Below are positions 8,005-17,360 of a stretch of DNA of 32,000 nucleotides, piece after piece. The translations under genes and the position numbers were made by a program. The stretch covers positions 840,001 to 872,000 of the forward strand of contig NC_006138.1 of NCBI RefSeq assembly GCF_000025945.1, read 5' to 3'. Source of the DNA: Desulfotalea psychrophila LSv54 (GTDB lineage Bacteria > Desulfobacterota > Desulfobulbia > Desulfobulbales > Desulfocapsaceae). The stretch's first letter is position 1. The number at the start of each line of letters is the position of its first letter. The notes under the pieces are model-generated. The model did not search any database. It saw nothing but the letters and a program-made list of their open reading frames with translations, and had not been told where the DNA came from.

Positions 8005-10134
8005 ATGCGAATTTCCCTGCGTTTGAAGTTGACCCTCACCTCTCTCCTCCTCTTGCTGATTCCACTTTCTGGTCTGCGTTTCAGCGATATGATCCAGGAA
8101 GATCTGTTGATAACTCGCAAGGAGACAATGCTTTTTTCTGCCCGGGCCGTTGCCTCTACCCTAACGGGACGTTCTGGACTTTTTGCTCGTGAGCAGTTTC
8201 TCTCTCTTAATCCCGGCACAGACCTCTATCTCTATCCGCTTACCGGCCCCATTCGTATTAATGGCCTGCAGGATGATTGGCAGGAGCAACCCGGCAGTTT
8301 CCAGCTCTTTGGTAAAGAGCATTTGAGGTCAGCGACTGACTCCTCGTCTGCCTTTTATTTTCGTCATCGCTCAGGTATTTGGCAGGATTACCTCTATGCC
8401 TTTTTTGAGGTGCATGATGCCACCGTTGTTTATCGCCCCCCTCAATCTCTACGTCTTGATACCTCTGATTTTCTTGAAATAAATACCGAAGATGCCAATG
8501 GTCTTTCCCGTCGTTATCTTATAACCACCAGCAAACCAGGTTGGGTGAATGGTTTTTTGATGGCCGAGAGTGGAGCCTATGCTCGGCGGATAGAGCGTCG
8601 TATTCAGGGGATGTGGAGGCAGACAGCCGATGGCTATGCCATCGAAATTCGTATGCCTATGTCTCTTGTTGGTCGTAAACTGGCGTTTTCTGTGGGCAAT
8701 GTGAACAGTAGTCTGCAGCCAAGGCTAGAGGAAATTATAGGTACTGCTGGTAGGGAGGAGCGTAACAGTCTTGGTCGGGCCATTGCCCCATCGGTTGAAA
8801 TCCAGAAGATATTGCAGGAACTGGATCGGCCCCATTCTCGGGTGCTTATTGTTGACAGTAATCGAAAGGTTCGGGCAACATTTGGCCACTTACTTGACCA
8901 GGTACGACAGGAGGAGGCAGAGGCGGATTCTCTGCTGAGCAAGGCAAGCAGGGCCATTTATTTAGTTTTGAGGCCTTTTTACCATGTTTTTATGAAACCA
9001 TTTTCTCCCGCTCTTATCACCAGTCAGCCAACAAGCTTTGATAGCGAGGAGATCCGCTTGGCCCTTGCAGGAAAATCGAGCGTTACCCATTATACCGTAG
9101 AGGAGAGTGATGTTGAGGTGATGGCGGCCATTGTGCCCCTGATAAATAAGGGGAATATCATTGGTGCGGTTGTGGTTGAGCAGACAACAAACTCTATTTT
9201 AGCCTTGCAAAACAGGCTAATAGAAGAGTCTATCAGCTTGGGTATATTGATTTTTTCCCTTACCTCCTTTGCCCTTCTTTTCTTTGCCTCCCGTCTCTCC
9301 TCTCGGATACGGCGCCTGCGCGATCAGGCTGCAGCTGCCATTGGCGGTGGAGGTCGGGTGCAGGCCAGTATTCGTCCGGCTACCACAAGGGACGAAATCG
9401 GTGATTTGAGTCGCACCCTGGCCATGATGTTATCTCAGATCAGGGAGCAAAATGAGTATCGGGAAAAAATGGCGGATAATCTTGAGCATGAGATGCGTAC
9501 CCCTTTGGCGGCGGCCTCTGCCTCTCTACAAAATCTAGACAGAGAACTGGTGGCACCCGGCAAACGGATTCAAAATTATCTTGATTGGGCAATTTTAGAT
9601 ATCGCCAGGATGGATAATTTACTGACGGTGATTCGCGATGCGACATCGCTTCAGGACGCCCTGCAAAGAGATATCAAAGAGCGTTTTGATCTGGCTCGGG
9701 CCCTTGAAATGTGGGTCGAGCATGTTTGGCAGCCTGCCTTTATCGATGTGGAGTTTCATTACAAGAAGGGTGGAAATGCTATTTTTATTTATGGTGACCC
9801 TACCCGTATTCATCAGATGTGTGATAAAATTATTGAGAATGCAGTGAGCTTTCATCAGAAAAACACACCAATAGTTATAGCTTTATCCTGTGAAAACCAG
9901 CAAATTCGTCTGGAGATGAGCAATGAGGGGCCGAGTCTTTCCTTGGAACAATGCCGGCAGGTTTTTAACTCCATGGTTTCACTGCGTACCCAGAAGGATG
10001 AGCAACCGCATTTGGGTCTTGGTCTCTTCGTTGTCCGTACCATTGTTGAGCATCACGATGGTCAGGTGCAGGTGGCAGCATTGGAGGATGGCAGGGAGGG
10101 GGTTTGTTTTACCATTTTCTTTCCGGTAGGGTAG
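8005..10134 (+). CDS. Sensor histidine kinase, proteobacterial dedicated sortase system type (PdsS-like)
   Basis: 709 aa: N-terminal TM, large sensor region (PIRINGLQDDWQ..., ADGYAIEIRMPMSLVGRKLAFSVGNV), second TM, H-box NLEHEMRTPLAAASASLQNLDREL, and ATPase motifs (KIIENAVSF, LEMSNEG, HLGLGLFVVRTIVEHHDG). Confidence 0.9.
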   Translation: MRISLRLKLTLTSLLLLLIPLSGLRFSDMIQEDLLITRKETMLFSARAVASTLTGRSGLFAREQFLSLNPGTDLYLYPLTGPIRINGLQDDWQEQPGSFQLFGKEHLRSATDSSSAFYFRHRSGIWQDYLYAFFEVHDATVVYRPPQSLRLDTSDFLEINTEDANGLSRRYLITTSKPGWVNGFLMAESGAYARRIERRIQGMWRQTADGYAIEIRMPMSLVGRKLAFSVGNVNSSLQPRLEEIIGTAGREERNSLGRAIAPSVEIQKILQELDRPHSRVLIVDSNRKVRATFGHLLDQVRQEEAEADSLLSKASRAIYLVLRPFYHVFMKPFSPALITSQPTSFDSEEIRLALAGKSSVTHYTVEESDVEVMAAIVPLINKGNIIGAVVVEQTTNSILALQNRLIEESISLGILIFSLTSFALLFFASRLSSRIRRLRDQAAAAIGGGGRVQASIRPATTRDEIGDLSRTLAMMLSQIREQNEYREKMADNLEHEMRTPLAAASASLQNLDRELVAPGKRIQNYLDWAILDIARMDNLLTVIRDATSLQDALQRDIKERFDLARALEMWVEHVWQPAFIDVEFHYKKGGNAIFIYGDPTRIHQMCDKIIENAVSFHQKNTPIVIALSCENQQIRLEMSNEGPSLSLEQCRQVFNSMVSLRTQKDEQPHLGLGLFVVRTIVEHHDGQVQVAALEDGREGVCFTIFFPVG

Positions 10135-10177
10135 GAAAAGGGAAGTAGAGTTTATTTTATATGGGGAGTTGGTAAGT

Positions 10178-10723
10178 ATGACAGAAAAAAAATATCATCA
10201 CCTTGTCTATGGTAGTCTGGAGGATTGCCTGACGGGAGAAGAGCTGCTTGATACCGATGATGAACGTATCCGTCAATTTCTTAGTCGAATGATGCTGGAG
10301 GAAAAGGGTTATTTGCCGGAACAGTTATCTCCCCGCGTCTCTGTAGAGACCTTTTTTGCCAATCTTTTTGTCCGTTCTTCCATAGAATTAGTGGTCTCCT
10401 CTGCTGGCAGAGATTTTCTTATTATTCGTTATGGGCCTGGTTCTCTTGTCAGTCGGGAGCGGGCGGCCATCGCTGCGGCCCGAGTGCTCAACGATCAGTA
10501 TAGGATTCCACTTGCCATGGTGACCAATGGTAAGGAGGCGGAGTTGCTTGATACTATTACTGGTAAAGTTCTGGGTGATGGGTTAGATTCAATACCAGAT
10601 GCTGTCTTGGCTGAAAGACTTGTCCCTGATCTTACCTATCTGCCTCCCCTAAAAAACAAGCAACGTGAAAGAGAGCTGCGTATTCTTAATGCCTTTGATT
10701 TAGAGCGGTGTTGTCTCTCCTAG
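10178..10723 (+). CDS. HsdR N-terminal-like (PF13588-like) domain protein, probably catalytically degenerate
   Basis: RIRQFLSRMMLEEKGYLPEQLSPRVSVETF...IELVVSSAGRDFLIIRYGPGSLVSRERAAIAAARVLNDQYRIPLAMVTNGKEAELLDTITGKVLG follows the HSDR_N_2 pattern. ATG 10178 has a GGGGAG ribosome-binding site. Confidence 0.65.
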   Translation: MTEKKYHHLVYGSLEDCLTGEELLDTDDERIRQFLSRMMLEEKGYLPEQLSPRVSVETFFANLFVRSSIELVVSSAGRDFLIIRYGPGSLVSRERAAIAAARVLNDQYRIPLAMVTNGKEAELLDTITGKVLGDGLDSIPDAVLAERLVPDLTYLPPLKNKQRERELRILNAFDLERCCLS

Positions 10724-10824
10724 GGCGGAGTGAGGGCGGTAAGAGTGGCAGAAAAGTTTTCCCGATAGTATTTGTAGTCTTTTGCGTTGGTTACGAGATT
10801 AAAATTAGATAGGAAGGATGTATT

Positions 10825-12174
10825 ATGTCACAAAGCCAAAAAGAGTGGAACAAGGGTAGCTGGAAAAATTATACGGCACTACAACAGCCTAACTGGCCAA
10901 ATGAAGGCGCTGTTGAGAAGGTTTTGGCAAATCTCAGTCAATTGCCCCCCCTGGTTTTTGCAGGTGAAATTCGTAATCTCAAGCAACAGTTGGCAAAGGC
11001 TGTGACCGGTGAGGCATTTTTGCTTCAGGGTGGTGATTGTTCAGAAAATTTTTCTCAAGTGACAGCTCCAAAAATTCGTGAAACCCTTCGGGTTCTCCTA
11101 CAGATGGCCGTTGTTCTTACCTATGCAGGTGATAAGCCCGTTATTAAGGTGGGCCGTCTTGCCGGCCAATTTGCCAAACCTCGTTCCTCCGATACCGAGA
11201 CCATTAATGGGGTGACCCTGCCCTCATATCGTGGCGATATGGTCAACTGTCCGGACTTTACCGAGACTTGCCGGGTGCCAAACCCTAAGTTGATGCTCAA
11301 GGGCTATAATATGGCCGCTTCGACCCTTAATCTGGTGCGGGCATTTACCCGTGGTGGTTTTGGCTCTTTGCACCGTGTTCAGGCCTGGAATCAGGAGTTT
11401 GTTGCCCAGTCTCCCATGGGCAGATCCTATGATCGTTTGGCCAAACAGATAGATCAGACAATTAAGTTCATGGGGAATATTGGTATTGCCGCTGATAATC
11501 CGTTAATTGAGCAGACCCAACTCTTCACCTCCCATGAGGCCCTTCTCCTTCAGTATGAAGAGGCTATGACCCGAGTGGATTCCACCGCCGGGGGTTGGTA
11601 TGACTGTTCGGCCCATATGTTATGGATTGGTGAGCGTACCAGACAGCTTGGCGGTGCTCATGTTGAGTTTCTGCGTGGGGTGCTTAATCCCATTGGCATT
11701 AAGGTTGGTCCTAATAATGATCCCGATGATATCAAGCGTCTCTGCGAGACCCTCAATCCGGAGAATGAGGCGGGCCGAATTACCCTTATTACCCGTCTTG
11801 GCGTCAAGGAGATTGAAAAATCCCTGCCGCCCCTTCTCCGTGAAATGAAGCGGGAGGGACATAATATTGTTTGGAGTTGTGATCCAATGCATGCCAATAC
11901 CTATACGGCAACATCAGGTCATAAGACCAGGAACTTTAATGACATTCTCTCTGAACTTACCTGTTTCTTTGAAAGTCACTGGTCCGAGGGTACTATTCCC
12001 GGCGGTGTCCATTTTGAGATGACAGGTGAAGACGTCACAGAATGTACAGGCGGGGCTCGTAATATTGTAGATGAGGAATTGGCCAGAAATTATCTGACCA
12101 CCTGTGACCCTCGTCTTAATGCAGAGCAGAGTTTAGAAGTTGCCTTCCAAATTGCAGATATGATTCGTAGTTAG
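10825..12174 (+). CDS. 3-deoxy-7-phosphoheptulonate (DAHP) synthase, class II
   Basis: 449 aa: WNKGSWKNYTALQQPNWP, LLQGGDCSENF, VGRLAGQFAKPRSSDTE, WVGERTRQL-like LWIGERTRQLGGAHVEFLRGVLNPIGIKVGP, WSCDPMHANT. Confidence 0.97.
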   Translation: MSQSQKEWNKGSWKNYTALQQPNWPNEGAVEKVLANLSQLPPLVFAGEIRNLKQQLAKAVTGEAFLLQGGDCSENFSQVTAPKIRETLRVLLQMAVVLTYAGDKPVIKVGRLAGQFAKPRSSDTETINGVTLPSYRGDMVNCPDFTETCRVPNPKLMLKGYNMAASTLNLVRAFTRGGFGSLHRVQAWNQEFVAQSPMGRSYDRLAKQIDQTIKFMGNIGIAADNPLIEQTQLFTSHEALLLQYEEAMTRVDSTAGGWYDCSAHMLWIGERTRQLGGAHVEFLRGVLNPIGIKVGPNNDPDDIKRLCETLNPENEAGRITLITRLGVKEIEKSLPPLLREMKREGHNIVWSCDPMHANTYTATSGHKTRNFNDILSELTCFFESHWSEGTIPGGVHFEMTGEDVTECTGGARNIVDEELARNYLTTCDPRLNAEQSLEVAFQIADMIRS

Positions 12175-12193
12175 TTTTTCCCTCCCAGATAAA

Positions 12194-12239
12194 GGATCAA
12201 GAAGATTGCATTTTTGTAATCTTCTTGATCCTTTTTTTT
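12194..12239 (+). terminator. Rho-independent terminator downstream of class II DAHP synthase
   Basis: GGATCAAGAAGATTgCA-TTTTT-GtAATCTTCTTGATCC followed by TTTTTTTT. Confidence 0.93.
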
Positions 12240-12336
12240 ATCCCGCATACAATTATTCATAAGAGTATATTTTCTTGTCCTTGCGTTCAGCTCTGCCTGT
12301 TCCAGGTTCTTTTGTTGCCTCTAAGGAGATATTATT

Positions 12337-13791
12337 ATGAATAGTTGGTCCCCAGCCCTTACAAGGGGTATTTGTCTGCATCTTCTCTGTTCTTTTTTCT
12401 TTGTTACCAGTCTTGCCTATGCCTCGGAAAATGATCTGGAAATTTTGGAAAAATCGTCCAAGGCCTTTGCCTCTGTTGCCCGGCAGGCAAAACCTGCTGT
12501 CGTTAATATTCGAGTGGAGAAGACGATTAAGGGTGGGCAGATGGATGGCTGGCAAATACCCGATGAGATGCTAGAACATCCGTTTTTTAAGCAATTTTTT
12601 GGTCCCCAGTTACGTAAAAGGCAAAATGTGCCTCCACGTCTCCAACAAGGCCAAGGTTCCGGCTTTATCGTTAGTGACGATGGCTATATCCTCACCAATA
12701 ATCATGTGGTTGATGGTGCTGACTCTATTACAGTACGTCTTAATGATGACAGCAGTTATCAGGCAAAGCTTATTGGTACCGATCCCCTCTCCGATGTCGC
12801 CCTTATAAAAATAGAGAGTTCGAAAAAATTACCAAGTCTGGCCATGGGCAGTTCTGCTGCTCTGGAGGTGGGTGAGTGGGTAATTGCCATTGGTAATCCC
12901 TTTGGCTTGAGCCAGACTGTAACGGTGGGTATTGTGAGCGCCAAGGGCCGGAGTCAGGTGGGGCTTAATGAGTATGAAAATTTTATCCAAACCGATGCGG
13001 CTATTAATCCAGGTAACAGTGGTGGACCCCTCCTTAATATAAGAGGTCAGGTGATTGGTATAAACTCAGCCCTCTTCTCCCAGACGGGTGGTTATATGGG
13101 CATCGGTTTTGCCATTCCCATTGATATGGTAAAGTCCATTGAAAGACAGTTGCAGGCAACGGGGAAGGTAAGTCGCGGCTGGCTTGGGGTGATGATTCAG
13201 GATATAGATGAAAACCTGGCCCAATCCTTTGGCCTGAAGAGCAGCTCTGGTGTATTGCTGACAGGTGTTCAGCCTGATTCTCCTGCTGAAAAAGGTGGTT
13301 TACTTGGTGGTGATGTTATTATCGCAATTGATGGCAGTGCTGTGAAAAACGCCTCGGCCCTGCGTAACAGGGTGGCACTGGTACTGCCCGGGAGCAAGGT
13401 CGTCCTGCAGGTCATTCGTAAGGGCAAAAAAAGAGATATAGGGGTGCTGATTGGTGAGCGGCCCGTCGGAGCCAATGGACTCTCAATTGAGGACCATACG
13501 GTCCTTAATAATAACTTTGGTCTCTCCTTTGAAAAACTTACCCCGGAAATTGCGAAAAAATTCGGTTATGCCCAGAAAAAGGGGGTTGTCATCAGGGAGG
13601 TAGCCCCCCAGAGCCCTGCCAGCAGGGCAGGACTTAAGGCCGGAATGCTCATTGAGGAGGTGAACCGAATGGCTATAGGTCAGGTTGCCGATATCAAAAA
13701 GGCTTTAGCTCTGGGAAAGGATGCCAGGCATGTACTCCTGCGAGTAGGATTTGGCCAGGGCAGTCGCTATATCGCCTTGGTTGCAAAATAA
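12337..13791 (+). CDS. degP: DegP/HtrA (Do) family periplasmic serine protease with two PDZ domains
   Basis: 484 aa: signal peptide, ILTNNHVVDGAD (His), DPLSDVALIKI (Asp), TDAAINPGNSGGPLLNIRG (Ser), two C-terminal PDZ regions. Confidence 0.96.
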   Translation: MNSWSPALTRGICLHLLCSFFFVTSLAYASENDLEILEKSSKAFASVARQAKPAVVNIRVEKTIKGGQMDGWQIPDEMLEHPFFKQFFGPQLRKRQNVPPRLQQGQGSGFIVSDDGYILTNNHVVDGADSITVRLNDDSSYQAKLIGTDPLSDVALIKIESSKKLPSLAMGSSAALEVGEWVIAIGNPFGLSQTVTVGIVSAKGRSQVGLNEYENFIQTDAAINPGNSGGPLLNIRGQVIGINSALFSQTGGYMGIGFAIPIDMVKSIERQLQATGKVSRGWLGVMIQDIDENLAQSFGLKSSSGVLLTGVQPDSPAEKGGLLGGDVIIAIDGSAVKNASALRNRVALVLPGSKVVLQVIRKGKKRDIGVLIGERPVGANGLSIEDHTVLNNNFGLSFEKLTPEIAKKFGYAQKKGVVIREVAPQSPASRAGLKAGMLIEEVNRMAIGQVADIKKALALGKDARHVLLRVGFGQGSRYIALVAK

Positions 13792-13814
13792 TAAGAGTCT
13801 TTTTTGAAAAAGTG

Positions 13815-13850
13815 AAGAGCCCCCTAGCCATTCGGTAGGGGGCTCTTTTC
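13815..13850. terminator. Bidirectional terminator between degP and nikO
   Basis: AAGAGCCCCCTA-gccattcgg-TAGGGGGCTCTTTTC; complementary A- and T-rich flanks serve both strands. Confidence 0.9.
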
Positions 13851-14564
13851 GTGGCGATGCGGTTGGTTGCCCGCCTGGTGGATATGTCGATGCTCGTGTA
13901 TATGGCCGGCAGGACAGAGATTGATTCTGCCCTCTTCGACTGTATAGAGCTCTTCTGTGACGCTATCAAGAAAATCAAGATCGTGGGAGATGATAAGTTG
14001 GCTCTGCGCTAGCCCATTTAATATTTCCACCAGTCGATCCTGGGTACGGGGGTCAAGGTTGTTGGTGGGTTCATCGAGGAGGAGTATTTTCGGTTTCATG
14101 GCCAGGATGGTGGCCAGGGCCACCAACTTTTTCTCTCCACCAGAAAGTCTGTGGGTGATCCGCTCTTCGAAACCATAGAGGCCAAGACCTTCCAGGGTAT
14201 TCTGGGCCACCTCCCTTGCCTCTTCCGGACCTGCCCCGAGATTGAGGGGGCCAAAGGCAACGTCTTCCAGTACCGTGGGAGAAAAAAGTTGGTCGTCTGA
14301 GTTTTGAAAGAGAAAGCCCACCTCCTTTCGCAGTTGATAGAGATCCTTTTTGCAACTCACCTCCCTGCCCTGAAAGAGCAATCTGCCCTCTGTTGGTTTT
14401 AACAGACCTACTATCAGATGGAAGAGGGTGGTCTTGCCTCCGCCATTTGGACCGATAATGCCTGTCCTGCCCTGGCCGAGGGAGAGGTTGATATCTCTGA
14501 TGGCAGGTTCTGTTGCCGCAGGATATTGGTAGCAGATGTTTTCGAGTTTTATGAGTGGAGTCAT
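13824..14564 (-). CDS. nikO: Cobalt/nickel ECF transporter ATP-binding protein
   Basis: 246 aa: Walker A GPNGGGKTT, signature HRLSGGEKKLVALATIL, Walker B ILLLDEPTNNLD. Last gene of the nickel transport operon. Confidence 0.92.
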   Translation of the reverse strand: MTPLIKLENICYQYPAATEPAIRDINLSLGQGRTGIIGPNGGGKTTLFHLIVGLLKPTEGRLLFQGREVSCKKDLYQLRKEVGFLFQNSDDQLFSPTVLEDVAFGPLNLGAGPEEAREVAQNTLEGLGLYGFEERITHRLSGGEKKLVALATILAMKPKILLLDEPTNNLDPRTQDRLVEILNGLAQSQLIISHDLDFLDSVTEELYTVEEGRINLCPAGHIHEHRHIHQAGNQPHRHEKSPLPNG

Positions 14565-14569
14565 GTTTT

Positions 14570-15316
14570 TTAAAGGAGTATTTGCCCGGCAAGTATGCCC
14601 GTCATTGCCAGGGATGCCAGGCAGAAAAAGAGGGTGTCTGTTCGGTTTATGTGGCCACTCTTCAAGGGGATGAGTTGGCCGGTGAAGCCTCGCAATACCA
14701 TTGCCTGATGGATGCGAAGAGCCCGGTTATGGCTTTTAACAAGTGTCATGCCAAAGAGGTAGGCGAAGGTTCGATAGGTGTGTAGGGAGCTTTTCGGGGT
14801 GAAACAACGCATCTGAGCGGCCCGTAACAGTGTTTTGTATTCATTGTGGATAACAAAAATATAGCGGTAGGCAAAGAGGAGGATGAAACAGAGTTTTTCC
14901 GGGAGATGGAGACGTTCAAGGCCGTGTCCTAAATCTGCGGGAGTTGAGGTGGAGAGCAGGCTCATCAGGGCAAGCAGGGCGGTATTGGTTTTTATGGTGA
15001 TGAGCAGGGCCAGATCTATCCCCTCCCTGTTCAGGGCCAGGGGACCAAATTTTATGGTTTCCCCTCCTTGGAGTGGTAGGGTAAGCCAGATAAAGAGTGT
15101 CAGGGTATTGACCATAAGGAGGCGTCTGCCCACAGCCAGAGGTGAGAGGCGACTAAAAAGGAGAAAGACCAGGGCCAGGGCCAGTAGACAGAGGGTCGGC
15201 TCCACGGTCTTTTGCACTGCCACCTGCAGGGAAAAGCAGGCGGCAACAATCAACTTTGTCCGTGCATCAAGCTTATGAAGCAGGGAGTTGCCGGAGGAAA
15301 AATCTTCCCCCATCAT
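14570..15316 (-). CDS. nikQ: Cobalt/nickel ECF transporter transmembrane T component (CbiQ family)
   Basis: 248 aa: HKLDARTKLI, TLLRAAQMRCF / HQAMVLRGFTG coupling motifs. Confidence 0.9.
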   Translation of the reverse strand: MMGEDFSSGNSLLHKLDARTKLIVAACFSLQVAVQKTVEPTLCLLALALVFLLFSRLSPLAVGRRLLMVNTLTLFIWLTLPLQGGETIKFGPLALNREGIDLALLITIKTNTALLALMSLLSTSTPADLGHGLERLHLPEKLCFILLFAYRYIFVIHNEYKTLLRAAQMRCFTPKSSLHTYRTFAYLFGMTLVKSHNRALRIHQAMVLRGFTGQLIPLKSGHINRTDTLFFCLASLAMTGILAGQILL

Positions 15317-16095
15317 TGGCTGTTCTTGATCGTGGAGAGTGGATGCATATATGTCCAGAGAACCGCCCCTATTTCTACTCCCTTATCCTCGCCCTGCGGG
15401 TTTTTCAGGGTATAGTCAGCCTCGGTGAGTGCTGCAAACCCCCACCAACCCGCCTGCGGACAGCTAAAGCTGAAGACACCATCTCTGTCTGCCTTAATCA
15501 CCTGGGTGACATGGTAGTCACTTGGGGCGGAGAACTTATTGTCCCGGTTATAGAATTCAACCTCTACCTCTGCATGGGCAAGGGGTTTTCCCTTGATCAG
15601 TACCTGGCCGACAAAGGTGTTGCCGGCGTAGTTGCCAAAGGGGCGGAGTCGCGGCACTATTTCAGCCGGTAGGCCCAGGGCTTGATCCCAACCCTCATCA
15701 TCACCAAAGGCGGGGATGATAGTCTTGGTATAGTGAATAATAGAGAGGTCTTCGCCGGGCTCCCAGTAGGGCTGTGGCTCCATGACGAATTGGTAAATCC
15801 CCGGTCGTTTGAAGCTGTAATCTGTTTGCCATGCCTGATGGCCCATAAGGGAGTTGGCCCGAAGCCTTGGCTTAAGATCTCTTGTCTTTCCCCCACTGGT
15901 GACGGTGAAGGAGGCAGGCATCGCCAGATCCATGCCAACCAGTTCAAAGGGGTGGGAAAATGAGAGTTGGATATTGGCTGTTCGCTTCTTTTGACCGATG
16001 ATGTCACTGTCGGGGATAAGCATGCCAAAATGGGCAAGGGCGGGGCTTGCCAGTAGCGATAGTAGAAGGGAGAGACAGCATGTTTTCTTGATCAT
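15313..16095 (-). CDS. nikK: Periplasmic nickel-uptake accessory protein, DUF4198 / NikK-like
   Basis: MIKKTCCLSLLLSLLASPALAHFGMLIPDSDIIGQKKRTANIQLSFSHPFE; signal peptide with mature N-terminal His; operon context. ATG 16095 preceded by AAGGAAG. Confidence 0.85.
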   Translation of the reverse strand: MIKKTCCLSLLLSLLASPALAHFGMLIPDSDIIGQKKRTANIQLSFSHPFELVGMDLAMPASFTVTSGGKTRDLKPRLRANSLMGHQAWQTDYSFKRPGIYQFVMEPQPYWEPGEDLSIIHYTKTIIPAFGDDEGWDQALGLPAEIVPRLRPFGNYAGNTFVGQVLIKGKPLAHAEVEVEFYNRDNKFSAPSDYHVTQVIKADRDGVFSFSCPQAGWWGFAALTEADYTLKNPQGEDKGVEIGAVLWTYMHPLSTIKNSQ

Positions 16096-16105
16096 GGAAG
16101 CTTCC

Positions 16106-16741
16106 TTATTTTTTTCGAGATTGAAGGTAGGCGGCAATGCCAGCAAGGCCTATAATATAGCCAATTCCTCCGAATATATCCTGTAGGCTTGGTCCTGCTT
16201 CAGCCTGGGCGGCCAGATGTCGGCGGATGGGGCTGAGCTGTTTGTTTAGCTCTCTACGCACTATTTTCTCCACCTCTGTTATGGTGACAGAGAGTTCTGG
16301 TACTGTCTTCTCTTGCCGCTGAGGTGAAGGAGTTTGAGGGGCCTGGGCCACGGGGGCATTATCCAGATAGTCTTCCCCGCGCAATAACCACTCACCTCTA
16401 TGGCCATTACCTGCGTTGACCACAATTTTCAGATCCTGGCTCTGGCCGGTAGGTTTTATCGGGATAGGGAAATGAAAGATACCATCTTGGTTGGTACTGC
16501 CCTGAATAATTACCCTGCCATCGCGCAGGACCTCTATTCTGGCCAGCTGTGCGGCTCTGCCGCCACTGAACTCGCTCTCGCAGGTGATCTGGGTCCCGTC
16601 CTTATAGGCAAAAACCCGAACCTTATGCGCCTGGGCAGTCGCTGCCAGAAAAAAGATGGTGGTGAAGGTGAAGAGCCAGAACAATCCTTGTCCTGTGCCT
16701 CTTTTTTGTAGTCGAGGCGAATTTTTTTTAAGGAGTTTCAT
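16106..16741 (-). CDS. nikL: Nickel-transport accessory protein NikL-like (membrane-anchored, His near mature N-terminus)
   Basis: 211 aa: FFLAATAQAHKVRVFAYKDGTQITCESEFSGGRAAQLARIEVLRDGRVI...FPIP; C-terminal TM GGIGYIIGLAGIAAYLQSRKK; 4-bp overlap with nikM. Confidence 0.85.
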   Translation of the reverse strand: MKLLKKNSPRLQKRGTGQGLFWLFTFTTIFFLAATAQAHKVRVFAYKDGTQITCESEFSGGRAAQLARIEVLRDGRVIIQGSTNQDGIFHFPIPIKPTGQSQDLKIVVNAGNGHRGEWLLRGEDYLDNAPVAQAPQTPSPQRQEKTVPELSVTITEVEKIVRRELNKQLSPIRRHLAAQAEAGPSLQDIFGGIGYIIGLAGIAAYLQSRKK

Positions 16742-17343
16742 TTGGTCTTGAGTTGGAGAAATTCAGGTTGCACCTTGGCAAGAAAGGTGACGGCAAACAT
16801 GGTGATGATTCCCTCGATGAACATTAGAGGAATGTGGGCTATGCAGACCAGCTTTGCTGTATTGAAAAATTGCTGATCGCTGGCAAAGAGAGAGCCCGCC
16901 ATAAAGAGGGTGCCTAGGAGTACGGCAATAAAACCACTGGCAAAGGCTGCTACTTTCTGCCCCTTTTTCCCCGATGTCAGGAGGGGGCGAAAGAGGAGGT
17001 AGCAGATAATTGCCGGTACTGCCATATTGGCGGTGTTGACCCCGAGTACGGTAAATCCTCCATATTGAAAAAAGAGGACCTGGAGAAAAAGGGCGGTGAG
17101 GATAGCGGGAAAGCAGGCCCAGCCCAGGGTAATTCCCATCAGGCCGGAGAGAATGAGGTGGACATTGGCGGGGCCGACGGGAACGTGGATCAGGCTGGCA
17201 ACAAAAAATGTTGAAGTAAGGAGGGCGGTGGTCATGATCTTTTCACCGTCGAGATGTTTTAGACCCATGGCCGTGCCGGCAACGGTAATTACTCCACCCA
17301 GGGCTAAAACCGGTGGGCTGAGGACGCCTTCAGATATATGCAT
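16738..17343 (-). CDS. nikM: Nickel ECF transporter substrate-specific component (CbiM/NikM family)
   Basis: MHISEGVLSPPVLALGGV (conserved MHI N-terminus), HVPVGPANVHLILSGLMGITLGWACFPAILTALFLQVLFFQYGGFTVLGVNT. Confidence 0.95.
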   Translation of the reverse strand: MHISEGVLSPPVLALGGVITVAGTAMGLKHLDGEKIMTTALLTSTFFVASLIHVPVGPANVHLILSGLMGITLGWACFPAILTALFLQVLFFQYGGFTVLGVNTANMAVPAIICYLLFRPLLTSGKKGQKVAAFASGFIAVLLGTLFMAGSLFASDQQFFNTAKLVCIAHIPLMFIEGIITMFAVTFLAKVQPEFLQLKTK

Positions 17344-17360
17344 ATAATGCCTCCAAGAAA

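Noticed and set aside
14071-14592. 173-aa minus-strand ORF overlapping nikO in another frame
   Set aside because: Proline/arginine-rich out-of-frame translation of the ABC ATPase gene.
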